Shown here: one piece after another, positions 46,190 through 56,063 of the stretch | Layout of the letters: each line of letters starts with the position of its first letter | Numbering within the stretch: the stretch's first letter is position 1 | Source of the DNA: a virus | Lineage: Duplodnaviria; Caudoviricetes | IMG/VR virus record: IMGVR_UViG_3300005326_000051 | Span: 1-58,240 of that record | Length of the DNA: 58,240 nucleotides | Direction: 5' to 3' (one strand) | Notes under the pieces: model-generated | The model's input: only the letters and a program-made list of their open reading frames with translations | Database searches by the model: none | What the model was told of the DNA's origin: nothing | Translations under genes and position numbers: made by a program

Positions 46190-48661
46190 ATGGAATTAAC
46201 AGGAAGTAACATTAACAAGGCAGTCTTGAATAGATTGAAAGAGTGGAAGAATTCTCCACTTCAGTTTGTTAAAGAATGTCTTCATGCTACTCCATCTGAG
46301 CAACAGATTGATTTCCTTCTTAAACTAGCAAAAGAAAAGCGTATTACGATTAGGTCAGGGCATGGTTGTCATGCAGCAGGTACTATAATTCATCTTTATC
46401 CATACGGGTTTAAAGCTGTGGAAGATGTAGAAGTTGGAGATCTTCTTATGGGTGACGATAATACTCCTAGAAGAGTTCTTGAACTGTACCGTGGCAAAGA
46501 AGAAATGGCGCGAGTCAAGTATTCTGATAATACTTATTACGATGTAAATATGAGCCACAAACTTGCACTAGTTTGTACTGGAAGTAAAGGTAAGTATAAA
46601 TCTGGTGATATGTTTGAGATGTCTGTACGAGAATTTTTAACTTGGCCTGAATGGAAAAGAAAAAGATTTGCTGGTTATAAAGTAGCAATAGACTATCCAG
46701 AAATTCCTGTGATGATTCCTCCATATATTCTTGGTATGTGGCTTGGAGATGGGTCACATAACGCTATTGAAATAACTAATATTGATACTATGTTAATAGG
46801 TATATGGCAGTTATTTGGTGAAGCTAATGGTTTGAGCATGACTACGACTTCTGATAAACTGCATAGACTTGTAGGAGATAAAAGTATTGTTAATGATGCT
46901 TTTAAACATTATGGCTTGTTTGGTAATAAGCATATTCCAAAAGAATATTTGTTTAATTCTAAAGATGTGAGACTTAAGTTACTTGCTGGTCTTATAGATA
47001 CAGATGGGTATGCTGATACTAGAAGTGGACTACAGTTTCAGATAATTCAGAAGAGAAAAGATTTAGCAGAAGATATACTATTTCTTGCTCAGTCATGCGG
47101 TATTCACGCTACTCTTACATCCAAAATAAAAAGTTGGGAGTACAAAGGGCAAGTAAATTATGATACTTACTACGAAGTTCATATGTCTCGGAATACTGAA
47201 CAAATTCCTACACAGTTAAAACGTAAGCAGTCTACTGAAGATTATAACAAGCAAAGAAGTAATCTGCATTTTGGAATATCTATTGAAAAATTACCAGAGA
47301 ATAGTTATTATGGATTTGAAGTAGATGGAAATCATCTGTATGTTCTTGGTGACTTTACTGTAACACGAAATACTGGTAAGGATGCCAGTGCCGCATGGGC
47401 AATCTTGTGGTTTTCGACCACTCGCGCCTACGCTAAAGTTGCCTGCACCGCTCCAACAAATCGGCAGTTGAAGGACGTTTTAGTTTCCGAGATTTCAAAG
47501 TGGTTACGTGGGTCAGAAATTGCTGATGAGTTCGTAATTCGCAAGGAAATAATCTTTCACAAAGAAGCTCCACGTGAATGGTGGATAAGGTTTATCTCTC
47601 CATCAGTTCGTGCTACAAAGGAAGAACAGGCCGAAACTCTGGCTGGGTTGCATGGCGATCATTTACTTATAGTTTGTGACGAGGCCAGCGGTATTCCTGA
47701 CCCCACATTTATCCCACTTGAAGGAGCTATGACCCAGCCAGACAATAAAGTTTTGCTTATTGGAAATATGACTAAGAACACTGGTTATTTCTATGATACC
47801 CATTTTCATAGTGAGATTTCCAAAGACTGGTGCAAACTTCACTGGGATAGTAGGCAGTCGTCTAACGTTGATAAGTCAATGCCTGAGTACTTTGCAAAGA
47901 AGTATGGTATTGACTCTGACGTATACAGAATTCGTGTTATGGGTGATCCTCCTGTGCAGAACACGAACAGCCTTATTCAGTTGTGGACTGCTGAGCAGTG
48001 CATTGGAAACGAGATACTGGTTGCGGAGGATGAGCCACTTTATCTTGGTGTTGACGTTGCAAGATATGGCGATGATGCTTCTATTATCCTCCCACGACAG
48101 GGCCTGATTATCCATCCTTGGGAAGAGTTTAGAAAACTTAATACCATTGATCTTGGTGGATTTATTATGCAGACGTACCAGGAAGTTGGAGCACATGGCT
48201 GTGCTATTGACTCTATTGGAGTTGGTGCTGGAGTTGCTGACTGGCTTGAGAAGCATAACCTTGAGAACCTGTTTCAGATTAATGTTTCTACTTCTTCTAG
48301 TGATATTAAGAAATACAACCGTCTTCGTGATGAGTTGTGGTGTAGAGTTCGTGATAATTGCTTATTAGGTAAATACTCTTTCCCAGATGTCATTATAGAC
48401 GGAGAGAAGGAATCGTTGGGAAGACAGCTTGCGAATGAGCTTGCCACTGTGCGGTATAAGTTTAATGGGCATGGAGGCTATGTTGTTGAGTCTAAGAAGG
48501 ATATGCGGGCTCGTGGTGTTGCCTCTCCGAACATAGCTGATGCGCTCTGTCTTACGGAGTACTTCTCCAACGATGCTACAAGAGTTTTCGCTAAACCAAA
48601 AGAAGAGCCAAAAAGAAACTATAGTGACAGACAGTGTTCTGCGCAGTCATGGATGAGTTAA
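46190..48661 (+). CDS. terL: terminase large subunit containing an intein
   Basis: Spliced Walker A SGHG/TGKD, CTAPT, LAGLHG, VCDEASG, IGNMT. Nuclease motifs LGVDVARYGDD, IDSIGVG, SPNIADAL. 488 aa after splicing. Confidence 0.95.
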   Translation: MELTGSNINKAVLNRLKEWKNSPLQFVKECLHATPSEQQIDFLLKLAKEKRITIRSGHGCHAAGTIIHLYPYGFKAVEDVEVGDLLMGDDNTPRRVLELYRGKEEMARVKYSDNTYYDVNMSHKLALVCTGSKGKYKSGDMFEMSVREFLTWPEWKRKRFAGYKVAIDYPEIPVMIPPYILGMWLGDGSHNAIEITNIDTMLIGIWQLFGEANGLSMTTTSDKLHRLVGDKSIVNDAFKHYGLFGNKHIPKEYLFNSKDVRLKLLAGLIDTDGYADTRSGLQFQIIQKRKDLAEDILFLAQSCGIHATLTSKIKSWEYKGQVNYDTYYEVHMSRNTEQIPTQLKRKQSTEDYNKQRSNLHFGISIEKLPENSYYGFEVDGNHLYVLGDFTVTRNTGKDASAAWAILWFSTTRAYAKVACTAPTNRQLKDVLVSEISKWLRGSEIADEFVIRKEIIFHKEAPREWWIRFISPSVRATKEEQAETLAGLHGDHLLIVCDEASGIPDPTFIPLEGAMTQPDNKVLLIGNMTKNTGYFYDTHFHSEISKDWCKLHWDSRQSSNVDKSMPEYFAKKYGIDSDVYRIRVMGDPPVQNTNSLIQLWTAEQCIGNEILVAEDEPLYLGVDVARYGDDASIILPRQGLIIHPWEEFRKLNTIDLGGFIMQTYQEVGAHGCAIDSIGVGAGVADWLEKHNLENLFQINVSTSSSDIKKYNRLRDELWCRVRDNCLLGKYSFPDVIIDGEKESLGRQLANELATVRYKFNGHGGYVVESKKDMRARGVASPNIADALCLTEYFSNDATRVFAKPKEEPKRNYSDRQCSAQSWMS
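46367..47371 (+). mobile_element. intein with LAGLIDADG homing endonuclease in the TerL P-loop (335 aa)
   Basis: Starts CHAAGT, ends DFTVTRN with +1 Thr. LGMWLGDG and LAGLIDTDG motifs. Confidence 0.93.
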
Positions 48662-48882
48662 TGAGTGACGAAGTAGTAAAACTTAAAGATGGGAATATAG
48701 AAACTATTTCATTCTACGATCTTGATGAGGATAGTTACATGATTATACTTTTTGGTGGTGGATCAAGGTGGCGATATAACAATGTTACACTTCCAGAATT
48801 TAAGCGTATTACTAGTGTGCTAACCGCTAGTCAAATACTTAAAAATATAAGAACCCTTAATCTTGTTGGAGTAAAAGTATAG
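48661..48882 (+). CDS. KTSC-domain-like small protein
   Basis: NIETISFY...IILFGGGSRWRYNNVT..EF pattern. Confidence 0.45.
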   Translation: MSDEVVKLKDGNIETISFYDLDEDSYMIILFGGGSRWRYNNVTLPEFKRITSVLTASQILKNIRTLNLVGVKV

Positions 48883-48884
48883 TA

Positions 48885-51842
48885 ATGACTAGTGAAAAAG
48901 AGCAGAAAATTTTAACAGAAGCTAGAGATAGACTTAAAAAAGCTATAACAGATGATGATGAGAATCGTCGTCTTGCGTATAATGATCTAGAGTTTATTGC
49001 TATTGAAGGTAAGCAATGGCCAGACGCTATTCGAGTAGAGCGTGAAGCGAATAATCAACCATGCTTAACTATTAATAAACTTCCAGCATTTGTTGATCAG
49101 GTAGTTGGTGATCAGAGAATGAATAGGCCATCTATCAGAGTTGTTCCGGTTGACTCGTATGCGGATAAAAAGGTGGCAAGAATTCTTAGTGGCTGGATTA
49201 AGCATGTGCAGAATATCTCAAAGGCTGATATTGCAGTAGATCACGGTTTTGAACACGCAGTAACCTGTGGTTATGGAGCAATAAGAGTAGTTACGAAGTT
49301 CCTGTCTGATACTTCTGTTGATCAACAAGAGGCTTTTATTGAGAAAGTTGAAAACGCGCTCGCAGTTTACTGGGGCAAACATAAGGAGTATGACTGTTCT
49401 GATGCAAAGTATTGCTTTATAGTATCTGATATTGATAGAGAAGAGTTTGAAGATAAGTATAAAGTTCCTCCAATGCCGTTTAACTATACTGATAGTCAGT
49501 ATGTTGAAGGTTGGTGTACTAACGAAACAGTTAGAGTTGTTGAGTACTTTGTGAAAGAACCCACTGAAAGAATGATTTATCTGCTTTCGGATGGTAGAAC
49601 TGTAGATAAAGTCGAGACAACTGATATCGTTGTAAAGAAAAGAAATGTAAAGTCACATAAGATTATGTGGTATTTACTTTCTGGGAATAAAGTTCTTGAC
49701 AGTAAAGAGTGGGCAGGAAAGAAGTATATTCCTGTTATTCCTATCTGGGGCAAAGAACTTAACGTCGGTGGAAAGAAGGTTATTCGTGGACTTATAAGGA
49801 ATGGAAAAGATGCTCAAAGAATGTATAATTACTGGCAAGCTCTTGACTTAAATACGCCTATTCCAATTCCTGGTGGATGGACTACTATGAAAGATGTAGT
49901 AGTCGGCAGTCAGCTTTTTGACGAAGCTGGTAAAGTATGTGAAGTTACAAACATAAGTCCTGTTTTTCTTAATAGAAACTGTGCTGAAGTTCTGTTTGAT
50001 GACGGCTCTGTCATTACTGCTGACGTTAAACATCTATGGACTGTTGAAGAAAGAGGAAAGAGAACTTCCCGTTCCTATAGTTGGACTAAGCGTACTATTA
50101 CTACAGACCAATTAATTCCAGGAAAGCATTTTATCTATGTTGCTGATCCTTTAGATTTACCTGCTCAAGAACTTCCTATAGATCCATATGTGCTTGGTGT
50201 ATGGCTTGGCGATGGTTCTGTTAGAGATGTTGTTATAACACAAAGTAAGGATGATTGGTCAGAACTTTCACAGCATCTTAGTAAGTGTGGATGTCAGTTT
50301 GGTACTAGTACTATAAAGGATAATTGCGTAGCAACGACATTGCTTGGAATGCGTAGCAAGTTTAGTGAGTTAAGTTTACTTGATAATAAGCACATTCCAT
50401 ACTTGTATGTAAGAAGTTCAAAAGAGCAACGACTACAACTGCTGCAAGGTTTAATGGATACAGATGGTTCAGTAAATACTGTTAACGGGCAGTGTAGTTT
50501 TACTACTACAAGTGCAGAGATTGCTAAAGGATTTTCAGAGCTTATAAGAACTCTTGGTATTAAATCTAGTTTCTTGGTTAGAAATAGAAACGGAGCTAAT
50601 GTTTTTGATAATGCTAAGTTGCAATACCAGTTTAGCTTTACTACTAGATTAAATGTATTTAAATTATCAAGAAAGCTTAAAGGTATTGGAAATGTTAAAG
50701 AAGAAGTACGAAGAACTAAAAGGTACAAGATTAAAAGTGTTACTCCAGTTTTGTCTGTACCAGTTAAGTGTGTTACTGTTGATAGTGCGTCATGTTTGTA
50801 CCTTGCTGGAGTTGGTATGGTTCCTACGCATAATTCGTGCGATACTGAAGTGGTTGCACTTCAACCAAAGACTCCATACCTTATTACTCCGAAGCAAATT
50901 AAGGGTCATGAAGCACAGTGGAAAGATGCACACAGACGAAACTTCCCATATCTCTTAGTTAACTTTGATGAGAAGGCTCCGGGCTGGCCAAAAAGAGAAT
51001 CTCCTCCACAAGCTTCGAGTGCTATGGTTGAAAAGATTCAAATGGCTGATCAGGAAATGCGTGATACTATGGGCCTGCAGAAAGCAAGTCTTGGTATGCA
51101 GAGTAATGAAAGGTCTGGATCTGCAATAAGGGAACGTAAACTTGAAGGTGATGTTGGTACGTTTGCCTTTATTGATAACCTTTCACGCTCGATACAGCAG
51201 GTTGGAAGAATTTTGGTTGATATAGCTCCGGTAATTCTTGATACGCAGCGAATAGTACGACTTGGACTTGAAGATGGAGATTTTGAGTTTGAAGAAGTAA
51301 ATGTACAGGACAAAGAAAATCCTCAGCAGATTATGAATGATCTGTCTATTGGTACTTACGACGTTACTGTTACTGTTGGCCCAAGCTTCACTACACAAAG
51401 AACCGAAGCACGGCAGTCAATGCAGGAATTTATTCAGTACAATCCAAATGCAGCACCGTTGATTGGTGACTTGTACGCTAAGTTGATGGATTGGCCAGGA
51501 GCAGATGAGGTATCAAAGAGACTTGAGTACCTACTTCCTCCAGAAATACGTACTGAGATCATTACTAAGCGTGCATTGAAGGAAGGTAAAGAACCTCCTC
51601 CACAACCAGGAAGTGAATCTCAGCAACCTGACCCGACTATGGTGTTGAAGATTCAGACTGAACAAGTTAAACTTCAGGAAGCACAGATTAAGTTACAGCA
51701 GGAGCAAGCTAAGCTTGAGGAGATTAAGTTAAGGCAGCAGTTAGCTATTGCTGAATCTAGACAAAGAGTTTCTGATATGGTTGAAAAACTTATAGCAGAG
51801 AAACTTGGTGAAAGGGAAAAGGAAAATGCCGAAAGGGACTAA
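48885..51842 (+). CDS. portal protein (P22-like) containing an intein
   Basis: GKQWP, PCLTINKL, YIPVIPIWG, DAQRMYNYW, SGSAIRERK, GTYDVTVTVGPSFTTQR. 653 aa after splicing. Confidence 0.93.
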   Translation: MTSEKEQKILTEARDRLKKAITDDDENRRLAYNDLEFIAIEGKQWPDAIRVEREANNQPCLTINKLPAFVDQVVGDQRMNRPSIRVVPVDSYADKKVARILSGWIKHVQNISKADIAVDHGFEHAVTCGYGAIRVVTKFLSDTSVDQQEAFIEKVENALAVYWGKHKEYDCSDAKYCFIVSDIDREEFEDKYKVPPMPFNYTDSQYVEGWCTNETVRVVEYFVKEPTERMIYLLSDGRTVDKVETTDIVVKKRNVKSHKIMWYLLSGNKVLDSKEWAGKKYIPVIPIWGKELNVGGKKVIRGLIRNGKDAQRMYNYWQALDLNTPIPIPGGWTTMKDVVVGSQLFDEAGKVCEVTNISPVFLNRNCAEVLFDDGSVITADVKHLWTVEERGKRTSRSYSWTKRTITTDQLIPGKHFIYVADPLDLPAQELPIDPYVLGVWLGDGSVRDVVITQSKDDWSELSQHLSKCGCQFGTSTIKDNCVATTLLGMRSKFSELSLLDNKHIPYLYVRSSKEQRLQLLQGLMDTDGSVNTVNGQCSFTTTSAEIAKGFSELIRTLGIKSSFLVRNRNGANVFDNAKLQYQFSFTTRLNVFKLSRKLKGIGNVKEEVRRTKRYKIKSVTPVLSVPVKCVTVDSASCLYLAGVGMVPTHNSCDTEVVALQPKTPYLITPKQIKGHEAQWKDAHRRNFPYLLVNFDEKAPGWPKRESPPQASSAMVEKIQMADQEMRDTMGLQKASLGMQSNERSGSAIRERKLEGDVGTFAFIDNLSRSIQQVGRILVDIAPVILDTQRIVRLGLEDGDFEFEEVNVQDKENPQQIMNDLSIGTYDVTVTVGPSFTTQRTEARQSMQEFIQYNPNAAPLIGDLYAKLMDWPGADEVSKRLEYLLPPEIRTEIITKRALKEGKEPPPQPGSESQQPDPTMVLKIQTEQVKLQEAQIKLQQEQAKLEEIKLRQQLAIAESRQRVSDMVEKLIAEKLGEREKENAERD
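49839..50834 (+). mobile_element. class 3 (Ala1, W-C-T) intein with LAGLIDADG endonuclease in the portal (332 aa)
   Basis: Starts ALDLNTPIP. Block B HLW, block F VKCVTV, block G PTHN with +1 Ser. LGVWLGDG and LQGLMDTDG motifs. Confidence 0.92.
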
Positions 51843-51992
51843 GGTAGAGAAACTGTACGAGAAGTTGAAGGTAGAAGGTAAGAATAAAGCAAGTGCGGCA
51901 AAGATTTCTCAAGCTGCAACTGGACTATCTCTTGCAACTGGAAAGAAACCTAAGTATGGCAATGCGATAAGAAAGTTAATGGTAGGCTAAGT

Positions 51993-52337
51993 ATGGAGTA
52001 CGTAGACTTAAAATTACCTAAGAAGAAAAGTACAGAGCAAGAAAAGTGCTGTTGTTCAGTTGCTTTAACTGATAGGGATGCGTATCCTTATGGACTTCAA
52101 CTTCGACTTGAAGATGAGCAGGTAGCAAAGCTCAAAAATATTCTACTTTACAAAGGTGGAGACAAAGTACAGATTTCTGCGCTTGCGTCTATTATGAGTA
52201 TTGAATGCGTAGAGAAACAGGACGGTAAAAAGGACTATACTGTACGACTTCAGATTGAAAAGATGCAGGTAGACAAACCTGTTGAAAAGATGAGTATGAA
52301 GGAGTATAGAGCGATGCGTGAAGAAGGTAAGAAGTAG
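51993..52337 (+). CDS. conserved head-module protein of unknown function
   Basis: YPYGLQLRLEDEQVAKL. Between portal and scaffold. Confidence 0.5.
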   Translation: MEYVDLKLPKKKSTEQEKCCCSVALTDRDAYPYGLQLRLEDEQVAKLKNILLYKGGDKVQISALASIMSIECVEKQDGKKDYTVRLQIEKMQVDKPVEKMSMKEYRAMREEGKK

Positions 52338-52390
52338 CTAACCGTTTAACAACCAAGCTATGCTTGGGCTTCAGATTGAGGAGATCTGCT

Positions 52391-53446
52391 ATGCTAGAAA
52401 GTATGGAAAAGGTAAATGAAGTAAGAAAAGTTGTCAACGGAGTTGACGACCCAAATCTTTTATCGGTTGATTCTACTAATCCACTGCCAACAAATGTAGA
52501 TACACTGGAAGTGGTTGAAGAGAAGAAGCCGGAAGAAAAGAAAGAAGAGAAGAAGGATGAGAATTCTTCTGGTACTGTCGACGGGAAGCCAGCAAACGCT
52601 GAACAGTCTGTAAAGACGGTTCCTGATAATACCAATACTGATGACAAAGACGACAAAAAAGAAGATAAAAAAGAAGATAAAAAACCACCAGAGGAAGACA
52701 AGCCTCTGCGAAGTAAAGACCCTGTTCAGGAACGCATTGATAAGATTACTAAAAAGTTTCGTGCCGCCGAACGGGAAACAGAGTTTGAACGGAATAAAAA
52801 TGCTAAACTGGAAGAAGAGCTTGCAAAGCTAAAGAGTACAGTTGTAGCAGAAGACAAACCTAAGAGAGAAGACTTTGAAGATGTGGAGGAGTACGCACAG
52901 GCTCTTACAGCATGGACTGTTAAGAAAGAACTGGCAACTGCTGAAGCAAAGAAAGTTAAATCTACTGAAGTTGACAAGGATAAAGAAGTTTTTCAGCAGG
53001 TTGCAGAGAAGATGGACGCTGCGTTTGAAAGTGGTAAAGATAAGTATGACGACTTTGTTGAAGTCGTTACAGCAAAGGATCTTGCAGTACCTACTGCTAT
53101 GATTAATATTATCCTTGAAACTGAAGTTGCGGATGAAGTCATGTACTACTTAGGTAAAAACCCCGACGAAGCTCTTGATATTGCTGGGTTGTCTACAGCT
53201 GCAGCAACAAGAAGGATTATGAAGATTGAGGCTAAGTTAATAGCAGCGCGTGATGCAAAAGTTACGCCAGCTCCTGCAAAAAAAGATGATGGTACTCAGG
53301 AACCTGCTGCAAAACCTACGCCTAAGAAAGTGTCAAGTGCTCCCGAGCCTATTGAAACGGTGATTGCTGACGGAGCGATACAGAAAGACCCGAATGCAAT
53401 GAGTCCAAAAGAGTATCGTGCTTGGCGGGAGAGTCAGAAAAAATAA
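52391..53446 (+). CDS. scaffolding protein (P22-like)
   Basis: Highly charged. VQERIDKIT, PKREDFE, VMYYLGKNP, SAPEPI, MSPKEYRAWR. Precedes the coat gene. Confidence 0.8.
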   Translation: MLESMEKVNEVRKVVNGVDDPNLLSVDSTNPLPTNVDTLEVVEEKKPEEKKEEKKDENSSGTVDGKPANAEQSVKTVPDNTNTDDKDDKKEDKKEDKKPPEEDKPLRSKDPVQERIDKITKKFRAAERETEFERNKNAKLEEELAKLKSTVVAEDKPKREDFEDVEEYAQALTAWTVKKELATAEAKKVKSTEVDKDKEVFQQVAEKMDAAFESGKDKYDDFVEVVTAKDLAVPTAMINIILETEVADEVMYYLGKNPDEALDIAGLSTAAATRRIMKIEAKLIAARDAKVTPAPAKKDDGTQEPAAKPTPKKVSSAPEPIETVIADGAIQKDPNAMSPKEYRAWRESQKK

Positions 53447-53461
53447 AGAGGAAAATGATTT

Positions 53462-54670
53462 ATGGCTTCAAGTAACACTTTGTTAACACCTACGATTATT
53501 GCTAAAGAAGGATTGATGCAGCTTGTAAATTCTATGGCAATGGCGAGGCACGTACACACGGCTTATAAAAACGAGTTTGTGAAAGTTGGTCAGACTATCA
53601 CAATTCGTAAGCCTAATAAGTTCAGAGCAACGAAGACTCAGGCTCGTAGCAATACGAATCTTGCTGAGCCAAGTACTTCGATTACGATGTCTACTCAGGC
53701 GCATGTGTCCTGGGCATTCAGCTCTGTTGATCTGACTACAACTATCGAAGATTACAGCAAACGATACATTACTCCTGCTGCAGGCGCTCTTGCAAATCAG
53801 GTTGATGCTGATTTATGCGCACTGTATAAGGATGTATATAACTATGCTGGTACTCCTGGAACTGCTCCGGCAACGTTTGGTGTGCTGGGCGATGCGCAGC
53901 AGGCATTGGATGATGAGTGCGTACCGAGTGATACTCGTGTAGGTGTCTTGAATCCGAAAGCACACTGGGCATTGGCTGATGGTCTGAAAGGTACGTTTGC
54001 ACAGAATGTGGCTAAGGACATTATCACTAAAGGTTATCTGGGCACTATTGCAAATCTGAGTATGTACATGGATCAGAATGTTGTTCGACATACTACTGGT
54101 GTATTTACTACAAGCGCGACTCCGTTGGTTACTACGACTTCGGTTACTGGAGCAACTCAGATTGTTACTAAGGGCTGGAACGCTTCATCCAGTACAGTTA
54201 AAGCTGGCGATACGTTCGTGATTGCTGGTTGCTACGCAGTTAACCCAATGTCTGGCGCAAGTACTGGTGTTCTGCGTCGGTTTACAGTTACTGAGAATGC
54301 GGCTTCGGTTGGTGGGGCAATGACTATTAAGGTCACTCCTACTATCGTGTTCGCGGAAACTGGTAATCTGGCTTACAACAACGTGGATTCCCTGCCTGTG
54401 GCTGATGCTGCTCTGACCTTTGTTGGATCAGAGTCTACTGCGTATCCGCAGAACTTGATCTTCCATCCGAATGCTTTCGCGTTGGTTACTGTTCCTATCG
54501 AAATGCCTTCGAATGTGTGGGGAGCGCGTGAAACTGATCCTGATGCTGGTATCAGTATTCGTGTTGTTAAGCAGTACGACATCGATGCCGATGAGGAAAT
54601 TATCCGTCTGGATATCCTGTACGGTACGAAAACGCTGTACGCTGAGTTAGCTGCTCGTCTGTGGGGCTAA
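53462..54670 (+). CDS. major capsid protein (P22 gp5 family)
   Basis: NTLLTPTII, KVGQTITIRKP, AGDTFVIAG.YAVNP, QNLIFHPNAFAL, RLDILYG. Confidence 0.93.
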   Translation: MASSNTLLTPTIIAKEGLMQLVNSMAMARHVHTAYKNEFVKVGQTITIRKPNKFRATKTQARSNTNLAEPSTSITMSTQAHVSWAFSSVDLTTTIEDYSKRYITPAAGALANQVDADLCALYKDVYNYAGTPGTAPATFGVLGDAQQALDDECVPSDTRVGVLNPKAHWALADGLKGTFAQNVAKDIITKGYLGTIANLSMYMDQNVVRHTTGVFTTSATPLVTTTSVTGATQIVTKGWNASSSTVKAGDTFVIAGCYAVNPMSGASTGVLRRFTVTENAASVGGAMTIKVTPTIVFAETGNLAYNNVDSLPVADAALTFVGSESTAYPQNLIFHPNAFALVTVPIEMPSNVWGARETDPDAGISIRVVKQYDIDADEEIIRLDILYGTKTLYAELAARLWG

Positions 54671-54737
54671 GAGTGATTTTAACTTCTACCAGTAGTGATA
54701 ACAACCTACTGGTAGAGTTACCTTGGAGGTAAAGGAA

Positions 54738-55469
54738 ATGTCGTACTTAGAAAGAATTTTTGAAAACGCGAATGAGGTAATTTCAATTCCTAACCCAATT
54801 ACTCTGATTGGCGCATTTAATGTCAGAGGAAGTTTTACAGTTGGGCAGCTGGATGCGAATCCTACTTCGCAGTTGTATCTTAAGGGTTCACTGAAGCTTC
54901 ATGCGCACGCACTTACTGGTGATTATGCGTATCAGCTTCGTACAGAGTCCAACAAAGCAACTGGAAACTTCTTTGGAGAAGATTTGGAAGTTCATCAGAT
55001 GCTGAATAGAACTGCTGATGGTGTACGTGGCTTGTCCATGTGTGGTAGACTTAAAGCTGGTATCACAATGTCTGGAACTTCTAACCTGATTCCAGGACAT
55101 TTCCTGCTGGATGTTGATGGTACTATTAACGGTACAGGGCTGTTTGCAGCACTTGTTGCGAAGGTTGATGCTGGTGGGACGTTCACTGCTCTCAGTCACC
55201 TTGCGTCACTGTGGGTTGATAGTTTACAGGAAGGTACTGTTAACGGTAGTCATGAGTTAGTTTATATGACTAACAACGGCGCGTCTGTTATGGATCAAGC
55301 GTTCTACATCTACGGTGGAAACAAGATAAGTAAGTTGATGGAACTTAACACCTGTGGTACTATGGTTGGTGATAAAGTCGATGCGGATATTGCCTACGCG
55401 CACTACAGAAAAGTTGCTGTATCTGTTGATGGTGCGGATGGCTGGGTGCTTGTTGGTTTCGACTCTTAA
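54738..55469 (+). CDS. putative virion protein
   Basis: Follows the coat gene. Gly-rich, beta-rich. Confidence 0.45.
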   Translation: MSYLERIFENANEVISIPNPITLIGAFNVRGSFTVGQLDANPTSQLYLKGSLKLHAHALTGDYAYQLRTESNKATGNFFGEDLEVHQMLNRTADGVRGLSMCGRLKAGITMSGTSNLIPGHFLLDVDGTINGTGLFAALVAKVDAGGTFTALSHLASLWVDSLQEGTVNGSHELVYMTNNGASVMDQAFYIYGGNKISKLMELNTCGTMVGDKVDADIAYAHYRKVAVSVDGADGWVLVGFDS

Positions 55470-55528
55470 ACATTTAACGGCTTAAGGGAGTGTGCCTTAA
55501 ACACTCCCACTAATTGTTGGAGGTTTAT

Positions 55529-55843
55529 ATGAAGGTGGATTTTAGTCAGAAGTTCAAAGACTTTGATGGGAAGGCAATTAAAGCCCTCAATGGAAAAGAT
55601 GCTGATCTGCGTGGGGCTGCAGTCGATGCGTTAAATGCTTTATTTATGGACGAGCAGGGTTTATCTGGAGAAGATAAAGTAAAAAGATATACACTTGCTA
55701 AGAAGGTATGTGCAAATGACGATCCAGTTGATGTGACTGTCGAAGAAGTTGCACTAATTAAAAAGCTTGTTGGCAAAGCGTTTGCTCCACTTATTGTTGC
55801 ACAAGCTTGGAACATGCTTGAAGGAGATACAAATGGCATCTAA
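55529..55843 (+). CDS. hypothetical protein
   Basis: GGAGG RBS. LSGEDKVKRY.LA...EEVALIKKLVGK. Confidence 0.5.
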   Translation: MKVDFSQKFKDFDGKAIKALNGKDADLRGAAVDALNALFMDEQGLSGEDKVKRYTLAKKVCANDDPVDVTVEEVALIKKLVGKAFAPLIVAQAWNMLEGDTNGI

Positions 55844-56028
55844 AAATGTATTACTTGGTTCAGGAAAAGTTGTTGTAGAAAAAGCTCCACCGGAACCAGA
55901 AGTAAGCTTATTTCCTCGGTGGATTTACCACAAAGAACTGGCTCCTGTTATTTGTAAAACAGAAGAAGAATTCAAAGGACTGAAAGCAAAGGGTTATGAC
56001 TTTCATGATGTTGTGTTTCCACCTGCCG

Positions 56029-56048
56029 GGTCAAAAATTGACCTTTCT
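56029..56048. repeat. dispersed palindromic site 11/11 (GGTCA-AAAAT-TGACCTTTCT)
   Basis: Read directly. Confidence 0.9.
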
Positions 56049-56063
56049 GAGGACGATGATTAA

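Noticed and set aside
54685-55508. Hairpins after the coat gene (54685-54716) and at 55486-55508 as terminators
   Set aside because: The stems are real but lack U tracts. More likely mRNA-stabilising or processing hairpins.
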